A stretch of 64,000 nt of DNA from an uncultured Candidatus Micrarchaeota archaeon (GTDB taxonomy: Archaea; Micrarchaeota; Micrarchaeia; Anstonellales; Bilamarchaeaceae), in assembly GCA_963791815.1 (NCBI GenBank), contig CAWBTT010000002.1, positions 472,086 to 536,085 on the forward strand, written 5' to 3'. Positions 58,645-64,000 of this stretch are shown here, piece by piece (position 1 is the first letter of the stretch; each line of letters begins with the position of its first letter). Under the pieces are notes generated by a model. The model did not search any database, was not told the origin of the DNA, and worked only from the letters and a program-made list of their open reading frames with translations. A program made the translations under genes and the position numbers.

Positions 58645-59990
58645 TGTACAAAGGAGAAGACAAAGTACTTGAATTTCTGAAAACACATAAAGAGACAACA
58701 TTGTTAGCAATTGCAAAAGCAACAAACCTGAACGAGGACAGTGTCAGAAGGATAGTGGAGTCCCTGCGTGAATCCGGCTCTGTAAAAACAGAGCAGCACG
58801 AATCATTCTCAGGCGTTCCTACAAAAGAATTTGTTGGATACATCAAATCAGAATTCCCAGAGTTTTCCGTTTTCAAAAAAGCTCTTGATGAAGCTTCAGT
58901 AAAAGACCTGAATCCACAGGAGCGTTCCATCGGCCTGCGGTGGGCAAAGGTAAAAGGCCTGATAAAAATCGAAGGCGGAGCGCTTGTCGCAGGAAAAACC
59001 GAGGAAGAGGCCGAAGCAAGAATATCCAAACTCAAATCTGCATATGAGAGCATTCTGGAAAATGGAACAACAGACGACAAAGTCACTCTTGATGAACTTT
59101 TCCAAAGGCATCTTCTCGAAAAGAAATCCGTGAAAACAACAAAAGTGACATTCCTGAAAATGAAGGAAGTATCAGGAGGCTTCAATGTCAATGTGCCATC
59201 GGCCGACGCTCCTTTGGGCAAGAGCCACCCTATTACAAAAATCACAAGGCGCATGAAATCAATCATGAGCGAGCTCGGCTTCCAGGAGATGGAGGGAAGC
59301 ATAATCGAAAGCTCATTCTGGAACTTCGATGCGCTCTTCCAGCCGCAGGACCATCCTGCAAGGGAACTGGCAGACACATTCTACCTTGACCACAAGAGCC
59401 CCCTGCCGGAGAAGAAACTTGTCGAAAGGGTTGCAAAGGCGCACGAAGAAGGATGGAAATATTCATGGAATCCGAAAGAGGCGCAGAAGTCTGTTTTAAG
59501 GACGCACACAACCTGCCTCTCAGCAAGAGCGCTGGCGTCCTTGAAAGATAAAAAACCAAAGAAATTCTTCGCAATCGGAAGGGTTTTCAGAAACGAGGCA
59601 ACTGACTACAGCCACCTGGCCGAATTCCACCAGGTCGAGGGAATAATCGCCTGGGACAAGGCAAAGTTCACTGATTTACTGGGAATACTCAAGGAGTTCT
59701 ACAGCAAGCTCGGCTTTGAGAAAATCAGATTCAGGCCAAGCTTCTTCCCCTACACTGAACCAAGCCTCGAGATTGAGGTTTATTTTGAAGAGAAGAAACA
59801 GTGGTTGGAACTTGGCGGCGCGGGCATATTCCGGCCAGAAGTAAGCATCCCCCTTGCAGGGGTGTATCCTGTTCTTGCCTGGGGCCTTAGTTTGGAGAGG
59901 CCGCTTATGCTTGCACTCGAATTGGATGACATAAGGACATTCTATAAAAATGATGCGGACTTTCTTATATCGTCAAGGTTGGAGATATGA
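58644..59990 (+). CDS. pheS: Phenylalanyl-tRNA synthetase alpha subunit
   Basis: WNFDALFQPQDHPAR, LRTHTT, FRNE, FPYTEPS, GLSLER. Confidence 0.96.
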   Translation: MYKGEDKVLEFLKTHKETTLLAIAKATNLNEDSVRRIVESLRESGSVKTEQHESFSGVPTKEFVGYIKSEFPEFSVFKKALDEASVKDLNPQERSIGLRWAKVKGLIKIEGGALVAGKTEEEAEARISKLKSAYESILENGTTDDKVTLDELFQRHLLEKKSVKTTKVTFLKMKEVSGGFNVNVPSADAPLGKSHPITKITRRMKSIMSELGFQEMEGSIIESSFWNFDALFQPQDHPARELADTFYLDHKSPLPEKKLVERVAKAHEEGWKYSWNPKEAQKSVLRTHTTCLSARALASLKDKKPKKFFAIGRVFRNEATDYSHLAEFHQVEGIIAWDKAKFTDLLGILKEFYSKLGFEKIRFRPSFFPYTEPSLEIEVYFEEKKQWLELGGAGIFRPEVSIPLAGVYPVLAWGLSLERPLMLALELDDIRTFYKNDADFLISSRLEI

Positions 59991-61909
59991 ATGTTAAAAA
60001 ATTAATCATAGGGGCGGTGTTAGTCCTATTCATACTATTCCTGGGTCTCGTAGGATTGCTTGCGATGATGTTCCTGGGCGATGTTGACATAAGCCCGATT
60101 CAGGATAAATCTCCGCCGGTATTTACAGTTATTGAAGTCGGCACTGCGGCAGATGATGGCTATGCGGTTTTCAATTACAGGGGGGAAGGAAACATCACAA
60201 TGCTTGCCCTTGACAACATGCCGAAAAAAGAAGTTGTAATCATCAATGACAGCAGGGCTATACAAGCAGACAAACTTCCTGACTTGGTTGATGATTTGCG
60301 CGTTCTTGAAAATTATGGATACAAACTCACAGTGGCAGAGGAGACAACAATTGCCGATGCAATCTATGTCATCCCAAGCGGAGCTCTTCCATCATACGCA
60401 CTCTTCAACCTGCAGCAGGGAAGCTCAACTGGGGTAATCCTTTATGTTGGCGACACTGACCTCATACTAAGCAGGGGAATCAAGCGCCAGGCCTGGTACG
60501 ATTCCTTAACTGAGGCGCAGAGAGCGCGAGTCGTTCATTACCAGGGCCCGTTCGATGATCTAATCAATTCCGAGAACTATACATTGCTCAATGACATTCT
60601 CTATGAAACATGGAACCAGCAGGCAAACACGACCATGAATGTTACTGATAGTGGCCAAGACACTATAGTTGCCAACCTTGATGGCTCAAAGTATGTACGG
60701 CTTATCTATGAACTTGACAATGAACTTTACGGAGTTTCTGACACTGGCCCGCTCCAGTTCACAAGCCAGTACCTGACCCCAATCCCGACCGAAGTATTCC
60801 CATGGGAGAGGGCAAAGCTTGATTTTGATTTGAACAAGACAAACGGCACTGCGGAGATGGAAATCCAGAAAGAAGGCAAAACAATCGAGAAGCAGTTCCT
60901 CCGGAGAGTGACTGATGACAATGTCTTCATCAAGTCCATGCAGTACCAGGAGCCTGGGGAATACATAATTCACGTTACTGACAATACCCACCGCGTGGCA
61001 AGCGGCATTCTCCATGTCAAAGACCTTGAGATAGAGTTGGTCGACCGCAGGGGCGTTACATTCCAGTTCGATGTCACTGTTGATGGGAAACCGCTTGACA
61101 ACACTGATGTCATGGTCGGCCTTGGCAACTCAGAGAAAAGCAAGTTCTATGTTAGTGGTGGGCAGCTCACTGTCCAGGCAAAGCCTGACCCTGGAGAGAA
61201 CATATTCAATATGGAAATATTCGGAACAACTTTGCCCTACCGCTACAACAATGACCAGAAAGGGTTCTTTGACTTCTATCTTACCTACGGCCTTCCAGGA
61301 ATTGGCCTTGTTCTTGTAATCTACTTTGGCGCAAGGCTCTCAAGAAAGCCAATGTACGGCGTCCGGTTTGGCGAGAGCGCAACATATATCAGGCAGGAAA
61401 TCAGGCTTCCCTTGGGAAGGGCACTTGAGAGCTTCAAAAGAATCAGATATGATATGAAGCTTGGCCACTCACCAATCACACCTCATGAATTTGCGATTTC
61501 ACTCAAAAGATACCTTACCAACGGGGCTGATGTCACAGAAGGAAATGTCGAGGAAATCCTGAAAAAATTGGTTGGCTCAGGCAAGCTCGAAGCTCACCGG
61601 GACTATTACCAGCTCAAAGGAGAAGGGGATGTAAGGAAAAACACTCTTAGAAGAATGGCCAGGGAAAAGCTGATTGAAAGCGGAACACCATTTACAGACA
61701 AAGACGGCAAATTCATCACCAAAGACTTTGAAATCGGCTTCTTTGGCCAGACCTTCAAGAAGAAGGGATTGGTAGTCCTTGATGATGCTTCTGAGATTGA
61801 GACGATACTCCAGTCGCTTAGTGAAACAGAGCGCTCCCGAATCGAGATTCTTCGGGCCAATGACATGCTGAGGTTTGTTCCAATAGGAAAACTCGAAGAT
61901 GTCTTATGA
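59987..61909 (+). CDS. Hypothetical membrane protein (large ectodomain, cytoplasmic helical domain)
   Basis: N-terminal TM, second TM near aa 430-450, basic C-terminal domain. Confidence 0.75.
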   Translation: MNVKKLIIGAVLVLFILFLGLVGLLAMMFLGDVDISPIQDKSPPVFTVIEVGTAADDGYAVFNYRGEGNITMLALDNMPKKEVVIINDSRAIQADKLPDLVDDLRVLENYGYKLTVAEETTIADAIYVIPSGALPSYALFNLQQGSSTGVILYVGDTDLILSRGIKRQAWYDSLTEAQRARVVHYQGPFDDLINSENYTLLNDILYETWNQQANTTMNVTDSGQDTIVANLDGSKYVRLIYELDNELYGVSDTGPLQFTSQYLTPIPTEVFPWERAKLDFDLNKTNGTAEMEIQKEGKTIEKQFLRRVTDDNVFIKSMQYQEPGEYIIHVTDNTHRVASGILHVKDLEIELVDRRGVTFQFDVTVDGKPLDNTDVMVGLGNSEKSKFYVSGGQLTVQAKPDPGENIFNMEIFGTTLPYRYNNDQKGFFDFYLTYGLPGIGLVLVIYFGARLSRKPMYGVRFGESATYIRQEIRLPLGRALESFKRIRYDMKLGHSPITPHEFAISLKRYLTNGADVTEGNVEEILKKLVGSGKLEAHRDYYQLKGEGDVRKNTLRRMAREKLIESGTPFTDKDGKFITKDFEIGFFGQTFKKKGLVVLDDASEIETILQSLSETERSRIEILRANDMLRFVPIGKLEDVL

Positions 61910-63165
61910 GGATTTTTCTTATTTTGCTTTTGTTCTCAATTGCCTTTGCGCAGCCTTCCATAGAGAATATCATGGACTGGAATGGGGATTATGCAACCAA
62001 TCTTGAGAATGTCTACAATGTCTCATTTGCGCAGAATGGCACCATGGTTGCGACCTTTGGCAACTCAAGTGCGCGCAACATTTCCTTATCTGCAAGCGTG
62101 CAGGTTGCAGGCATGAATCTTCTCATGGACAATCTGACATATCCCCATGAGAATCTGAGCCTGATACTCGCAAGGGGGGAAGATGCGGGCCACCTGAACG
62201 CATTCCATGAGGATGGCTATACTGATTTTGTTTGCGATAAATACTGGTTCTACGGCAGCGGGCAATACCCTCACAGATGCGATTTTGACGGAGACAGCTG
62301 CGCTGAGTTTGAGAATGATAGTTTTGTGAATTATGATACCAACGCCACATTCATTTTCAATGATGTCAATGAGACTGTCCGCACATCATCCAACGTGATT
62401 GAGGTGCCATCAGAAATCCTTGAGGAGATGGAGCATTCCTCAGGAACGGATTTGCTGAATGTCTCTATCGTCTCAGCAGCGCTATTCACTACAATATTCA
62501 ATGACAGAGGATTTGCCGGGATGGACTGCACAAGCTACTACATCAACGTTACCCAGAATGTGACTCTATACCTGAACGCCTCATTCCCTGTCGCGGGCAA
62601 GCAGAAGCTCTTCTTCCAGCGCTCCCCAATTCTCAATGAGCAGTGGTTTCGGAACAACCAGTTCAACCTGATAATAATGTCCCAGAGCCCGCTCTATTAT
62701 GCTGAGACTTACCTGAACGGGAACCAGACAAAGAATTACACCCTAAGAGAGTTCAACACAACAAACAACAGCTTCAACCTAACTGAGATAGTTTCCAACA
62801 AGACAATTCCAGAAGGCTGGTCCGAGAGCCTCAATCTGACAACCCCAATCCCGCTTTCCGAAACCGATGATTCATACAGCTACATCTACGGGTTCAACTC
62901 AACGTATTCCGGCCTTGGCAAGAACACTCTTGGCATTCTTGTGATTGATTCGTTCATGGGGGAAGCTGAATATGAAAACGTAATCCTGAGCCGTATGCTT
63001 TCCTATAATGGCACGAAAAATGAGCTTGGAGGGGAAATAGACCCAAGCATCACAAGGGGAAGCGCCGGATTCCAGAAGGGCCAGATTTCAAATGTTGAAA
63101 TAGGTCTTGGATTCCTGGCAGTGATAGTTATGCTTGCCTTTGTCAATTTCTGGCTTAAAAAGTAG
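61906..63165 (+). CDS. Secreted, sequon-rich surface glycoprotein
   Basis: Signal peptide, many NxS/T sites, C-terminal TM plus KK. Confidence 0.75.
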   Translation: MRIFLILLLFSIAFAQPSIENIMDWNGDYATNLENVYNVSFAQNGTMVATFGNSSARNISLSASVQVAGMNLLMDNLTYPHENLSLILARGEDAGHLNAFHEDGYTDFVCDKYWFYGSGQYPHRCDFDGDSCAEFENDSFVNYDTNATFIFNDVNETVRTSSNVIEVPSEILEEMEHSSGTDLLNVSIVSAALFTTIFNDRGFAGMDCTSYYINVTQNVTLYLNASFPVAGKQKLFFQRSPILNEQWFRNNQFNLIIMSQSPLYYAETYLNGNQTKNYTLREFNTTNNSFNLTEIVSNKTIPEGWSESLNLTTPIPLSETDDSYSYIYGFNSTYSGLGKNTLGILVIDSFMGEAEYENVILSRMLSYNGTKNELGGEIDPSITRGSAGFQKGQISNVEIGLGFLAVIVMLAFVNFWLKK

Positions 63166-63414
63166 CTACTCTAAAGGGCCCCTTGCAAGAACAACTCCGG
63201 TTATCTCAGGGGTCTCTGGATTAAACGGCACATCCTTCTTTTCCATGATTACAATCCTCATTTGTACATTATAAATGTTTAGATGCCTGGGCCAGGGAAA
63301 TCTGCCAACTTGGGCCAGCTAATCATAATGGATGCGCTAATGTTTCCGAATCAAAAACCCCTGGACTTATATAAAATAGATATATTTATATTCCTTTATA
63401 GTATAAGTATATTT

Positions 63415-63684
63415 ATGACAGAAGCAGTGGCGCAGGTTATGCATTCCCCTACACTGAATACGGTCCTTATGATAGAGGATGTGCTGAAGGAAGCCAAGGA
63501 AATAATCAAAATCGCAGAGCTGAAGAGAAGGCTTCCTAGAAAAGTCATGCACAGCACAGTAGTGCAGGTGCTGGATTATCTACAGGAAAGCGGCAAAATC
63601 CTCATAACTACAAAAGGCATCCTCTGGATATACCGTCCTCCTGCTGAACTTGAAAAGCTCAAACAAGGGGGCCTTGAATTGTGA
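63415..63684 (+). CDS. Winged-helix putative antitoxin
   Basis: HSPTLNTVLMIE..LDYLQESGKI; GTGA overlap with RelE-like gene. Confidence 0.7.
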   Translation: MTEAVAQVMHSPTLNTVLMIEDVLKEAKEIIKIAELKRRLPRKVMHSTVVQVLDYLQESGKILITTKGILWIYRPPAELEKLKQGGLEL

Positions 63685-64000
63685 AAAACAATCGGCCAGT
63701 GCGTGTAATCCTGAAAGACCAGGCCAGAGCCAGTTTTGAGGAGCTCAATCGGATTGTTGGTGAGCAGAAAGCAAGAGGGGCGACAAATTCAGAAGAGATG
63801 CAAATACTGAGATCCATTAAGCAGAAATCTGAACTTCTAAAAACAAATCCGACTTATGGGGATAAAATACCAAAGAAACAGATTCCAAAGGATTTGGATG
63901 TTTCGAACTTGTTTCGTATCAGCCTGACTGGGTATTGGCGGATGCTTTATTCATTGGAAGGAAACCAGATCGAGATTGTGGCATTCATCTTATATGTTGT
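63681..64000 (+). CDS. RelE-like toxin (runs off the window edge)
   Basis: Manual translation: MKNNRPVRVIL..LKTNPTYGDKIPKKQIP..NLFRISLTGYWRMLYSL. Confidence 0.7.
   Translation, partial: MKNNRPVRVILKDQARASFEELNRIVGEQKARGATNSEEMQILRSIKQKSELLKTNPTYGDKIPKKQIPKDLDVSNLFRISLTGYWRMLYSLEGNQIEIVAFILYV

Noticed and set aside
63166..63330. 26-codon minus-strand ORF (MEKKDVPF...) and a short GGGCCAG repeat
   Set aside because: Too short, with no supporting motif

Overview
Gene-dense archaeal chromosomal segment, most consistent with a DPANN archaeon such as a Micrarchaeota-like lineage. This assignment is inferred from archaeal PCNA, aIF5B, MAT, PurP, split acetate-CoA ligase, GGTGA-type SD motifs and DPANN-style Cys-rich surface lipoproteins. 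Housekeeping content: trpS, pheS, pheT, pyrG, ftsZ, PCNA, a Rad50-like ATPase, non-oxidative pentose phosphate genes, thiolase/DUF35, pckA, purF, purP, a frameshifted purQ and tRNA-Val(GAC). There are three toxin-antitoxin pairs. Signals not in the ORF track: (1) a canonical box C/D guide sRNA next to PCNA whose guides point to 23S G2251 and U2438; (2) an unusually long, structured C/D sRNA aimed at 16S C1402, whose 3' end is repeated on the far side of a RelE-type TA cassette; (3) a second C/D-like hairpin there; (4) perfect palindromic operators. Other candidates: a free-standing LAGLIDADG endonuclease coupled to trpS, a phytoene/squalene synthase operon with two PaaK-like ligases beside an ABC exporter, a P-loop kinase-dCMP deaminase fusion, an orphan Cas2-like gene, a pseudokinase beside PCNA, an HD-GYP-like protein and a Tat-signal beta-helix protein. 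All calls come from manual motif reading; no searches were run.
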